From a virus, in IMG/VR virus record IMGVR_UViG_3300044510_000078: 64,000 nt of DNA; one strand, given 5' to 3'. The position numbers were made by a program, and so were the translations under genes. The notes under the pieces were generated by a model. That model worked only from the letters and a program-made list of their open reading frames with translations. It did no database searches and was not told the origin of the DNA. This document shows, one piece after another, positions 53,772 to 63,121 of the stretch. Each line of letters begins with the position of its first letter. Position 1 is the first letter of the stretch.

Positions 53772-54721
53772 AAACTTTTGAAAACTGTTCATGGTTGTAT
53801 TGGGGAAACTACCACCTCAAACTGCCTCAAAAGTCAAACGAAGGAGCGCAAAGAGGAACCATTTGTCATTTAATTTTTGAAATTCTTTTAAATCCAAAAC
53901 ATAAACTCCATTTTAAAAAAATCAAAAAAGCAGAGACAATAACAAGTTCTCCACCAATTCGACGGCTAGTAATCAAGCATTTAAAGAAAATGCAAATCAA
54001 TACAGATAAAAATTTTAAACTAATTGATGAAATGATTTTAGTTGGTATTAATAATGATTTTTTTATTCGTGGTGCAATATTATTAGACCCAGAATACGAA
54101 TTCAACCTTACAAACGAGACGCCCAAATATTCACTAACTGGGTTCATAGACAAAGCCGCAGAAAACACTAAAAACGGGACGTTTATTATTACAGACTATA
54201 AATCTAGTAAATTTAAATTTGACGAAAACGACTTAGAATCAAACATCCAAGCGATGATATACAGTTTAGTAGCAAAAAAAATCAAACCAGAATTAACACC
54301 CATAGTCAAATTTATATTTTTAAGATATGGTAAAGACCCTATCCAAACAGTTCAATTCAACGACGTAACACTTAAAGGATTCGAGCATTATCTACAAAAA
54401 ATAAACGAAACCCTAAATAATTTTTCCGAAGAACAAGCGGTGCAAAATTTTGCGGCGGATAAAAAACCCAAAGGAGGCGGATTCAACGGCTCTCTTCTTT
54501 GTGGGCTTGCAAAATCTCCAAATGAAAAGAAAAAAGACGGACAACCCATGTGGGCGTGTCCATATAAATTTTCTTTTAAATATTTCATTTTAAAAGATAA
54601 AAATGGCAAAATATTAAAATCAGATTTTAACAATTCATTTACACCCAAAGAAGAGGAAACGGTAGAAGAATTGACATATCAAGGGTGTCCACGGCATAAA
54701 GCTACAAGCCCAGAATTCTAA
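53732..54721 (+). CDS. PD-(D/E)XK exonuclease (RecB/AddB/Cas4-like)
   Basis: LSASKIKTF..C, RGTICH, GFIDK, ITDYKS, Q..IY, C-terminal Cys cluster. Confidence 0.85.
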   Translation: METEPKVLSASKIKTFENCSWLYWGNYHLKLPQKSNEGAQRGTICHLIFEILLNPKHKLHFKKIKKAETITSSPPIRRLVIKHLKKMQINTDKNFKLIDEMILVGINNDFFIRGAILLDPEYEFNLTNETPKYSLTGFIDKAAENTKNGTFIITDYKSSKFKFDENDLESNIQAMIYSLVAKKIKPELTPIVKFIFLRYGKDPIQTVQFNDVTLKGFEHYLQKINETLNNFSEEQAVQNFAADKKPKGGGFNGSLLCGLAKSPNEKKKDGQPMWACPYKFSFKYFILKDKNGKILKSDFNNSFTPKEEETVEELTYQGCPRHKATSPEF

Positions 54722-54750
54722 TTGACAAAACACGAAACAAAGGCTATGAT
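54722..54750 (+). promoter_or_regulatory. sigma70-type promoter (leaderless)
   Basis: TTGACA-17-TATGAT, 6 nt before ATG 54757. Confidence 0.75.
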
Positions 54751-54756
54751 AGAACT

Positions 54757-55536
54757 ATGCAAAGCTTGCCATTATGGAAGTCTCATTTTTCAATAGGAAA
54801 ATCCATTTTGACCTTAGCTAAAGCTGGCGAAACAGACAATTCTTGTCCTGATTCTATTTTTGATTTAGCCGAAAGCGCAGGGCTCAAAGAGATTATCCTA
54901 GTAGAAGACTCGATTAGCGGCTTTTTGGAGGCTTTTACCAACTCAAAGAAAAGTAAGAAAAAATTAATCTTTGGACTTAGACTGTCTGTTGTAGAAAACA
55001 TGGAAGAAAAAACAGAACAGTCGCTAGACAAAGTATGTAAATATGTAATTTTTGCCAAAGATACAATTGGCTACGAAACTCTAATTAAAGTCTCTTCGCT
55101 TGCAGCAAAGAACGGTTTTTATTATGAGCCCAAAATAGATTTTAAAAATCTTAAAGATGTGTGGAGCGAACATTTGCAGCTTGCCGTTCCATTTTATGAT
55201 TCATTTATTCATAAAAACGTATTGGAATGCGGTGCCTGTGTGCCAGATTTTTCTTTTACAACTCCAGTCTTCTTCATGGAAGATAACGATGTGCCTTTCG
55301 ACGAAATACTTTCGACCCAAGTGACCGACTTTTGTTCAAAAAACAAATTTGAATCTGTCAAGACAAAAAGCATTTACTATAATCTCAACAAAGATTTTAT
55401 TACATATCTAACCTTTAGATGTATAAATGCGAGGACTTCTCTGGAAAGGCCAGAATTACCGCATATGTGCAGTCAAGAATTTTCCTTTGAATCATGGAAA
55501 AAACAAAATCAAATTTCAAATTTAACACCCAACTAA
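54757..55536 (+). CDS. stand-alone PHP domain of DNA polymerase III alpha
   Basis: KSHFSIGKS, LVEDS.SGF, LIFGLRL, FAKDTIGYETLIK. Confidence 0.85.
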   Translation: MQSLPLWKSHFSIGKSILTLAKAGETDNSCPDSIFDLAESAGLKEIILVEDSISGFLEAFTNSKKSKKKLIFGLRLSVVENMEEKTEQSLDKVCKYVIFAKDTIGYETLIKVSSLAAKNGFYYEPKIDFKNLKDVWSEHLQLAVPFYDSFIHKNVLECGACVPDFSFTTPVFFMEDNDVPFDEILSTQVTDFCSKNKFESVKTKSIYYNLNKDFITYLTFRCINARTSLERPELPHMCSQEFSFESWKKQNQISNLTPN

Positions 55537-55964
55537 AAATTGGAAAATCTGGAGAAGACCTGTTTAAAAAACATTATGGGCCGATTTACGGCATACGTCC
55601 AGACTCCGAAAGTATGGAATATGATTTCATTTTAGAAAATGGGGCCAAAGTAGAGCTTAAAACAGACACTTACGCAATGAGCGATACGCCAAATTTTTTC
55701 TTTGAAAGATTTAGCGATATTAATACAAAAAAACTCGGTGGCCCTTGGAGGGCAAAAAAAGATGAAGTAGATTATTTCGTTTATCTTTACGTCAAAGACA
55801 AAATGTTTTACTGGTTTAACCCAATTCTCCTTTGCGCCGAGCTTGACAAAATTACAAAAAAGATGCAAACTAAGCATATTAGAAATATAGCTTGGACAAC
55901 CAGCGGATTTGCAGTTCCACGAGAGCTTTGCTTACACGTTTGCCTAAGACAAGAAAAGATATAA
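55494..55964 (+). CDS. PD-(D/E)XK-like endonuclease
   Basis: YDFIL...VELKTD. Confidence 0.6.
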   Translation: MEKTKSNFKFNTQLKIGKSGEDLFKKHYGPIYGIRPDSESMEYDFILENGAKVELKTDTYAMSDTPNFFFERFSDINTKKLGGPWRAKKDEVDYFVYLYVKDKMFYWFNPILLCAELDKITKKMQTKHIRNIAWTTSGFAVPRELCLHVCLRQEKI

Positions 55965-55965
55965 C

Positions 55966-56610
55966 ATGGATGGACACCTTTTAAGATTTGACAAGCAAAA
56001 AAAGCTCACATTTATAGACTGCGAGACATACAACCTATGCCTCTCTTTTGTTAAGAACAGGCCTTGGCAAATAGCCTTAATTGATGTCATTGGTAACGAA
56101 ATCATAAAAGAAACAGATTTACTAATAAATTGGCCCAAAGAAAAAAATCTCGGAATCAGCGTCAAAGCCGCGCAAATGACAAGACACGACCCATCTAAGG
56201 TAGAAAGCTTAGGGATTTCACCAGAAGAAGCTTTTGATATTTTAGATGAAAAACTTAAAACAGCAGACTACATATTAGGCCACAATATTTTGGGATTTGA
56301 CGTTTACCTAATTAGAGAATATTATAGACTAATGGGCTTTAAGACAGACTTTTTTTTAAAAAAAATCATTGACACAAAATGTCTAGCTCAAGGAATAAAA
56401 CTTTCTACGCCATTCAACGGAACCGAAAATTTACTTAATTATCAATATCGAATGTATAATTGCCCAGTAAAAGGCGTTAAAACAAACCTAGCCTTGCTTG
56501 GGAAGGAATACGAAATAGAGCATGATTACAAAAATCTGCACGACGCCCTAACCGACCTTCAGTTAAACGTAAAAATTTGGAACAAAATTAAATGGCAGGT
56601 TTCAATTTAA
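55966..56610 (+). CDS. DEDDh 3'-5' exonuclease (epsilon-like)
   Basis: FIDCET, GHNILGFD, IDT, HDALTD. Confidence 0.88.
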   Translation: MDGHLLRFDKQKKLTFIDCETYNLCLSFVKNRPWQIALIDVIGNEIIKETDLLINWPKEKNLGISVKAAQMTRHDPSKVESLGISPEEAFDILDEKLKTADYILGHNILGFDVYLIREYYRLMGFKTDFFLKKIIDTKCLAQGIKLSTPFNGTENLLNYQYRMYNCPVKGVKTNLALLGKEYEIEHDYKNLHDALTDLQLNVKIWNKIKWQVSI

Positions 56611-59171
56611 TGAATACAGAACTCTTTTTAGAAAAATTTAAAGAAATTGAACTACCTTTGCACGGAGTCAGACTTCCAAGGTTTGAGGTTAGCGAATCAG
56701 ACAAGGCCAAGCTGAAACTGAAAAAAAACGCCGATAACTATGCGTTTTTAAGAGAACTTTGCGTTGAATCCTTTAAGGGTCTAAAACTCTCAAAAGATTC
56801 ACAAGCCCATAAAGAATATGGAGAAAGAGTAAAATACGAGCTTGAAATTTTAAAAGAGCTTGGGTTTGTGGATTATGTTTTAATGGTATGGGATGTCATT
56901 AATTACTGTCGAACACACGGTATTCCAACTGGATTAGGTAGGGGAAGTGCTGCGGGTAGCTTGGTCTTGTTTTTGATAGGCGTGACAAAGATAGACCCAA
57001 TCAAGCACAAATTATATTTTGAAAGATTTGTTTCTAAAATTAGAGCCAAAAAACAGGTCATAGACGGAATTACTTACCTAGATGGCTCGCTAATGTGTGA
57101 CGTTGATTTGGATATATGCTACTACAGAAGAGGCGAAGTGATTAAATACCTAGAAAACAAATACTCTGGGAAAGTTTCAAAAATCTTGACGTTTAATACT
57201 TTGAGTGGTAAATTACTAATGAAAGAGTGCGGCAAAGTAGTGGGAAGTAAAAGCGAACAAGAAATGAACGAAATCAGCCATTTGATACCCCGGCTGCACG
57301 GTGTAGTAAGCGACATTTCAGAAGCTTATGAAGATGTTTCAGAGTTTAAGAAATGGTGCGACGAAAATGAGCAAATATACCAAATAGCCCTTAAACTAAG
57401 AGACTTAAACAAAAACAAAGGGGTTCACCCGTCGGGAATTTTGATTTCATTTGATGAACTTGAGAAAACTTGCCCAACCGAACTATCCTCAGATAAGGAT
57501 AGCGTATCATCTTATGATATGAATTGGATTTCAATGTTCAATATTAAATTAGACGTATTAGGACTTAGAGGCGTTTCTGTTGTTGATGACGTATGCAAAT
57601 CTGTTGGTATCGAGGCAAATGACATCAACTTAGACGACCCCGCAATTTATCAAAATTTACAAAACCTAAAAGCAAGACATGGCCTATTCCAAATCGAGGC
57701 CGACCTAGCTTACAAAGTTGTTCAGAAAGTCAAACCCAAAAACCTAGAAGAACTTAGTGGCGTGTTGGCCCTAGCCAGACCGGGAGCTATGGCGTTTGTT
57801 GACCAATACTCTTTATATACAAACCATCAAACCTATCAACCTATTCACCCCTTCTTTGATGAGATTTTGAAAGAAACTGGTGGCGTTGTTCTTTATCAAG
57901 AACAGCTAATGAAAATGGCAAATAAAATTGGTTTTACTTTAGATGAATCAGAAATCATTCGCCGCGTAGTCGGCAAAAAGAAAATAGAAGAAATGAAGCA
58001 ATGGGAACAAAAAGTCAAAGACAAAATCTCAGAAAATAAATTAGAAGAAGAAATAGGAAAAATTTTCTGGAAAATTTTAGACGCGAGTAAAAATTATTCG
58101 TTCAACCGGTCACATTCGCTGGCTTATTCGTCTCTTTCAGCAATTACAATTTATCTAAAATTTAAATACCCACAGCAATTTTATCTGTCTTTGTTGAAGA
58201 TGACCAAACATGAACCAGACCCAATTGGAGAAATTTCCAAAACTCACAAAGAAATGGCGCAGTTTAACATCAAGCTACTACCACCACACCTGCTCATGTC
58301 CGACATGGACTTTAAAGTAGAAAGCAAAGATATAAGATTCGGACTATTATCCGTAAAAGGAATTTCAAACAAATCAATCTCCAAGCTTAATAAATTCAAA
58401 AACGAATACTCGAATAAATTTGAAGTATTTGAAGCCGCAAGTGAAGCGGAATTAAATATCGGAGCGCTTTCAGCTCTTATTCAAGCGGGAGCTTTCGATA
58501 ACAATTTAAGACAGTCTCGAAGCTATATTGTATATGAAGCTCAATTATGGAATCTTCTTACCACCAAAGAAAAGAAAACCGCCCTATTACTTGGTAAAGA
58601 AAACGACTTTTCGTTGGTGAAAATTTTAAATACTCTTATGTCGCTAAAAGACGAAAAGGGTAAGCCAATCATTAAGCCGTCCCGCTGTGAAACCATTAAG
58701 AAAAACTCAGACCCCTATAAGAAAATCTACGAACAAAATAAATCGTCGGAAAAGTTTGCTAACTGGTGGTATGAAAATAAGCTACTTGGATATAGTTGCA
58801 CAGTTAATTTGATTGACATTTTTAAAGAAAAAATGCAGTCCCTAGTTCCCATAAAAGACATTTTAGACGCCACAAGTGGATTAGGAGTCGCTTTCGTCGG
58901 GACAATAACAGACCAACCAAAAACCGGCAAATCTAAAGCGAAGGGTGCAAAATACGCTAAAATGAACGTTTCAGACGAAACCGGAACAATAACTACTTTG
59001 ATTTTTAACAATAATCTAAATGAGTGCGAAACGCTTAATGGCAAACTACCAGAAGAAGGGGATATTGTTATTGTCAAAGGCTCAAAAAAAGAAGACGCTG
59101 TTTTTGCAAACCTGATTGCAGTTCAACAGTCAAAGATATATACAAAACTTTCAGAATTAAAAAATTCCTGA
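56610..59171 (+). CDS. dnaE: DNA polymerase III alpha catalytic core lacking PHP domain
   Basis: GRGSAAGSLV, ERF, CDVDLD, KGVHPSG, KLDVLGL, ARPG, YQEQLM, YSFNRSH, C-terminal OB; start set at ATG overlapping the upstream stop. Confidence 0.92.
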   Translation: MNTELFLEKFKEIELPLHGVRLPRFEVSESDKAKLKLKKNADNYAFLRELCVESFKGLKLSKDSQAHKEYGERVKYELEILKELGFVDYVLMVWDVINYCRTHGIPTGLGRGSAAGSLVLFLIGVTKIDPIKHKLYFERFVSKIRAKKQVIDGITYLDGSLMCDVDLDICYYRRGEVIKYLENKYSGKVSKILTFNTLSGKLLMKECGKVVGSKSEQEMNEISHLIPRLHGVVSDISEAYEDVSEFKKWCDENEQIYQIALKLRDLNKNKGVHPSGILISFDELEKTCPTELSSDKDSVSSYDMNWISMFNIKLDVLGLRGVSVVDDVCKSVGIEANDINLDDPAIYQNLQNLKARHGLFQIEADLAYKVVQKVKPKNLEELSGVLALARPGAMAFVDQYSLYTNHQTYQPIHPFFDEILKETGGVVLYQEQLMKMANKIGFTLDESEIIRRVVGKKKIEEMKQWEQKVKDKISENKLEEEIGKIFWKILDASKNYSFNRSHSLAYSSLSAITIYLKFKYPQQFYLSLLKMTKHEPDPIGEISKTHKEMAQFNIKLLPPHLLMSDMDFKVESKDIRFGLLSVKGISNKSISKLNKFKNEYSNKFEVFEAASEAELNIGALSALIQAGAFDNNLRQSRSYIVYEAQLWNLLTTKEKKTALLLGKENDFSLVKILNTLMSLKDEKGKPIIKPSRCETIKKNSDPYKKIYEQNKSSEKFANWWYENKLLGYSCTVNLIDIFKEKMQSLVPIKDILDATSGLGVAFVGTITDQPKTGKSKAKGAKYAKMNVSDETGTITTLIFNNNLNECETLNGKLPEEGDIVIVKGSKKEDAVFANLIAVQQSKIYTKLSELKNS

Positions 59172-62100
59172 TTTAATATCTAAAATAGTTGCCCCTCTTG
59201 CTGCAAGATAAAAGCCATCTTTTTCTTCAAACTCAGAGATTGGCATTTTTGATGTCATCAAAGTTCCTGAGTTGTAAATAGCGTCCCCCATTATACTATC
59301 GTAAAACTGATTTTGCCGTATGACTTTATATTTTTTTCTGTAATTTGGATTATTTGTTCCGTCTGCAAGTCTTTGTCCACGGTCTGAACTTGTCAACATA
59401 GTAGTATTTGGGAAAATCAATCCATCGTCTTCTGGAACAGATTCGTAAGAAATATGACCGTTCAACATTGCGAAATCACTTATTGCAGGGACAATGTATT
59501 TGTTGTAATTATCTGGAGAGTAATATCTCTCAAAAATCCAGTCTGGATTTTTAAAACCAGAGACGTTGCGCCTAGAAATCATTTTTGATGGAAATTCGAC
59601 TAAAGACCTATTAATAGGAGTCTCTATTAAGATTCCGCTTCTTTTCATTACTTCTGATGCATAATTTTTTGTATAAATTTCGCTCACTGGGTCGTTTGTG
59701 ATGTCCTCAAGAATACATCCCTCGCTATAAACAGACGCCTCTCCTTGCTCTAAATATTTAAATTCTCCATTTATAATACAATTTCCAGTTGATTCGCAAA
59801 GATGTTCCACGTCGAAAGGTAAAGCTACATAATCTGTAAAGATTAATGGAGAAATAGTTACGACTAATTTTGACTGCTCTCTCCATCCAGAAATGACCCC
59901 AGAACGGGTTGACCAAAACCCAGTAATGGTTGGCCAATCTACGTTACCATAGCAATCTTTAACGCCTAACCATCCATTTCCACTAGGAATATCAAATAAT
60001 TGACCGCGACGCTCTTTATTTAAAAACGTATAAGTATCCCCAAAAGCAAAATTAGAAATATCTAAATGGATTCCAGAAACAAACGTCCCCAAACCTATAT
60101 CGTTATTATCTTGTCTTCCTGTATTTGGGAAATATTTTAACGCTCTATAATGAATGTCAAGTCCACTAGACGTTATTGCAGGCAAAAAAACCCTGTCATC
60201 TTTCATTGGGTTTCGGAAAAGAACTCCACCAAGGCCAGTAGCTATTCCAAGATGCCCAGCTGCCAAACCTAACCACTGGTCGCCAACTATTCCAAATTGA
60301 TGCAGGCCACCTTGCTCTTCCGTATTTCCAGCTACGGACAAAAGATATAATGGGTCCGAGGCTGGAAGATAAACTGGATTTGCACAAACTACCTCCATAA
60401 TCGGGAAAGCTTTATAAGCGTATTCAGAATGAAAACTGCTATCACTTAAAGTCCAAGCTGGCCTTGTGTATAGGGCTTCTACATCAAATTGATATTCGGC
60501 ATATTTTGTGTATAGCCCAACCGGAGAAGTATTATTTTGCCTTTGGAGCGCGATAGCGGGGTTAGAACAATCCTTTCCAGTATAAAAAATGTTATCCCAG
60601 AAAGTCCTATAAGCTTGTGGGTCAGCAGACATATCCTCATCGTTTATGAAGCCCTGAATAAAACTTGGAGCGCTATTATAAATTAGAGGATTTCTACCGC
60701 TTGTAAAAGACGTGTCGTTAAGACCCATCCCAGCCAATAAATCTATTTCCGCATAGTTAGAATCTACTTTATTAGTTTTAGAAAAAGTGTTTTTCTTTTT
60801 AAAACCAATCGGGTCATAATTGAATTCTGTTTTACCAAGAAGCCCATCTGGATTATATTGCGCTCCAGAAAAAAACTCTTTCGTAGCATATTCTTCGATA
60901 GAAAGATTAAATTTGATTTTTTCAGCAAATCCTATTGACGGCACAAAAAATAAATCATGCCAACGTTGAGCGTTGGGATAAAGGAACTTTTTATGAGCCG
61001 TGGCGAACGGCCCCTTAAAATATCTGGGAAAGAAATTCTCAGTTCTTTGTTCTCCCAAAACTGGCCTCCATTCGCTTAATTCGTCAACCGGCTTGACGCA
61101 AAACTTATTTTGAGGATAAATAATTTTAGGAAACGAACTTGGAGTTATCCTATTGTCGAAATATTCATATGTGTATTTGGTTCTATCCCCATTATAGGCA
61201 TACATTATAGAAGTATTAGACTGAGTTCCGGCACCAGCCCCACTGTTACTTATATATCCTTTAATATATTTAACATTCTGTCGCCCGTCTCCAATTACAA
61301 AACTAGGACTATATTTTTTCCATAGAAAATAATTTCCAGACACAAACTCTCCGGTTATATTGTATAGATTTCCAGAATACTCATAACCAGCATTATTTCT
61401 TATATATCCAGTGAATAAACCGCCATCAATAGAATTACCCATTCCAAATGTCTTTTCGGTAATAAATTTGTCTTCATCCTCTTTTGGGGAAAAATTACTT
61501 TGAATTATAGCGTTAATCTTAGCTTTTGGCTGATGAGCTTCAACCGGGTCATAATAGTATGTGTCACTCCATCCACCCATAAAAAAATCAGACTCTTCTG
61601 CGTTTTGGAAGTATCCAAGAATAGGGTCGTATTCTATACGAGTCAACCCACACCCCATTTTCACAAAGGCCGGACGTTTATATGTTTCACTGCTAAAATT
61701 TTGATAAAAAATAAAACTTGGTAAATCACAGTATAAGCCTCTTTGGGGTCTGCCCGCTATATTTCCGTCTTCGCCAATCATATAACCGGAATGGACATTT
61801 AATCCAAGTTTAAAAATTCTTCCAGAATCTATATGAGGAGAATATTTGACATCTTTGTATTTCCCAGCCCAAAGTGGACGGCTCAATTCAAGTGGAATAT
61901 ATTTAAAACCAGTAACACCGGTATATGCTAATGCAAATCTTTCCTTTCCGTATTCATCGAAGCCGCTCTCTGCAAATCCCCATTTAACGCCCGTAAAACC
62001 CATATGATTCAATTCGTAAATTAGATTTCCTTCCGAATCATAACTAGAAGGCATATTATATTGCTCTCGCGCCAATGGATACTGATACTCGCCGAACATT

Positions 62101-63101
62101 GCGTCAACGGGGACGGACTTACCTATAAGTTGTCCAGAAAAATTTGTCAAATGATGAACGTTTGTATTAAACCGAACGGAAGGCTGGAGCTTTATTTTAT
62201 CTACATCATTTAAAGCAGACTTAACTGTTTCGGTCCAAATGCCAGATGAATATGGGCCATCACAAAACACTCGATTAAATATAACGCCGGTAGCTGGACA
62301 ATATGCGTTTTGTTCATCTATGCAAGGGGTGTTTGCTGGCCCAACAACTCTTTCTCCAGTTACTATTCCATAAGAGTCTTTTAATGGAATAACTATCTCC
62401 TCACAATAAGGAAGGGTTTCCCAAAAAACCGGGTCATAATTTAATTTTCCACTTAATTGATAATACTGAACCTCAGAATCTTTCATCAATTTTAGATTAA
62501 CAGGCGTAGAAAACAAATCCTCAACATCTAAGTATCCAAACCCAATTAAATCAACGTCTTGGTTTTTTTCAGATTGTGAAATTTCAAGAACCGTTTGTCC
62601 CCAATCCTTGTCGAAATAATATTTAAGTTCAGTATTTGAAAAATCGCCATACGGGACTCCACATCCTGCACCAGAATATGTCGCGCCTAAACATATATTT
62701 ATTATTTTGTTTAAATCTCCGGTGGAGATATTTGAAATCCTAGATGCAAAAAATAAACCAGCAGAAAGAGTGCTCAAAAAAGTTCTACACGGGTCAGTTG
62801 TATATCCAAAATGACCAGTGGCCAATTCTTTTTGGACATTATCGAAAAAGCTGCCGTTTGAAAATCCAATCGCAGAATTTAATCCCGTATTATTGTTGAT
62901 TCCATAGTCAAAAATTGCCTGCGCTATATCTGGCTCTTTTCCTATGCCAGAGCATACGACGTTACAAATCAACCACTCGTAAAATGGGTCAGTCAAGGAC
63001 GAATAACGAATCCTACGAACAGCGCTTGTAATAGCATGAGAAGCAAAAATCCTGAATAATGGATTTTGCTCTTCTCCCCAAAAATTACCCTCTGATGGCA
63101 T
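59157..63101 (-). CDS. large hypothetical protein, probable virion structural component (1314 aa)
   Basis: Long intact ORF rich in G/S/T/Y/F; no catalytic motif recognised. Confidence 0.7.
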   Translation of the reverse strand: MPSEGNFWGEEQNPLFRIFASHAITSAVRRIRYSSLTDPFYEWLICNVVCSGIGKEPDIAQAIFDYGINNNTGLNSAIGFSNGSFFDNVQKELATGHFGYTTDPCRTFLSTLSAGLFFASRISNISTGDLNKIINICLGATYSGAGCGVPYGDFSNTELKYYFDKDWGQTVLEISQSEKNQDVDLIGFGYLDVEDLFSTPVNLKLMKDSEVQYYQLSGKLNYDPVFWETLPYCEEIVIPLKDSYGIVTGERVVGPANTPCIDEQNAYCPATGVIFNRVFCDGPYSSGIWTETVKSALNDVDKIKLQPSVRFNTNVHHLTNFSGQLIGKSVPVDAMFGEYQYPLAREQYNMPSSYDSEGNLIYELNHMGFTGVKWGFAESGFDEYGKERFALAYTGVTGFKYIPLELSRPLWAGKYKDVKYSPHIDSGRIFKLGLNVHSGYMIGEDGNIAGRPQRGLYCDLPSFIFYQNFSSETYKRPAFVKMGCGLTRIEYDPILGYFQNAEESDFFMGGWSDTYYYDPVEAHQPKAKINAIIQSNFSPKEDEDKFITEKTFGMGNSIDGGLFTGYIRNNAGYEYSGNLYNITGEFVSGNYFLWKKYSPSFVIGDGRQNVKYIKGYISNSGAGAGTQSNTSIMYAYNGDRTKYTYEYFDNRITPSSFPKIIYPQNKFCVKPVDELSEWRPVLGEQRTENFFPRYFKGPFATAHKKFLYPNAQRWHDLFFVPSIGFAEKIKFNLSIEEYATKEFFSGAQYNPDGLLGKTEFNYDPIGFKKKNTFSKTNKVDSNYAEIDLLAGMGLNDTSFTSGRNPLIYNSAPSFIQGFINDEDMSADPQAYRTFWDNIFYTGKDCSNPAIALQRQNNTSPVGLYTKYAEYQFDVEALYTRPAWTLSDSSFHSEYAYKAFPIMEVVCANPVYLPASDPLYLLSVAGNTEEQGGLHQFGIVGDQWLGLAAGHLGIATGLGGVLFRNPMKDDRVFLPAITSSGLDIHYRALKYFPNTGRQDNNDIGLGTFVSGIHLDISNFAFGDTYTFLNKERRGQLFDIPSGNGWLGVKDCYGNVDWPTITGFWSTRSGVISGWREQSKLVVTISPLIFTDYVALPFDVEHLCESTGNCIINGEFKYLEQGEASVYSEGCILEDITNDPVSEIYTKNYASEVMKRSGILIETPINRSLVEFPSKMISRRNVSGFKNPDWIFERYYSPDNYNKYIVPAISDFAMLNGHISYESVPEDDGLIFPNTTMLTSSDRGQRLADGTNNPNYRKKYKVIRQNQFYDSIMGDAIYNSGTLMTSKMPISEFEEKDGFYLAARGATILDIKSGIF

Positions 63102-63121
63102 TTTTATTATAATCTAATAAA

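Noticed and set aside
53732-54721. Cas4-like nuclease implying a CRISPR system
   Set aside because: No array or other cas genes; its position between primase and polymerase fits a recombination exonuclease.
55494-55964. Group I intron or intein splitting the polymerase
   Set aside because: No intron core or intein C1/His-Asn motifs seen; the flanking ORFs have their own starts and stops.
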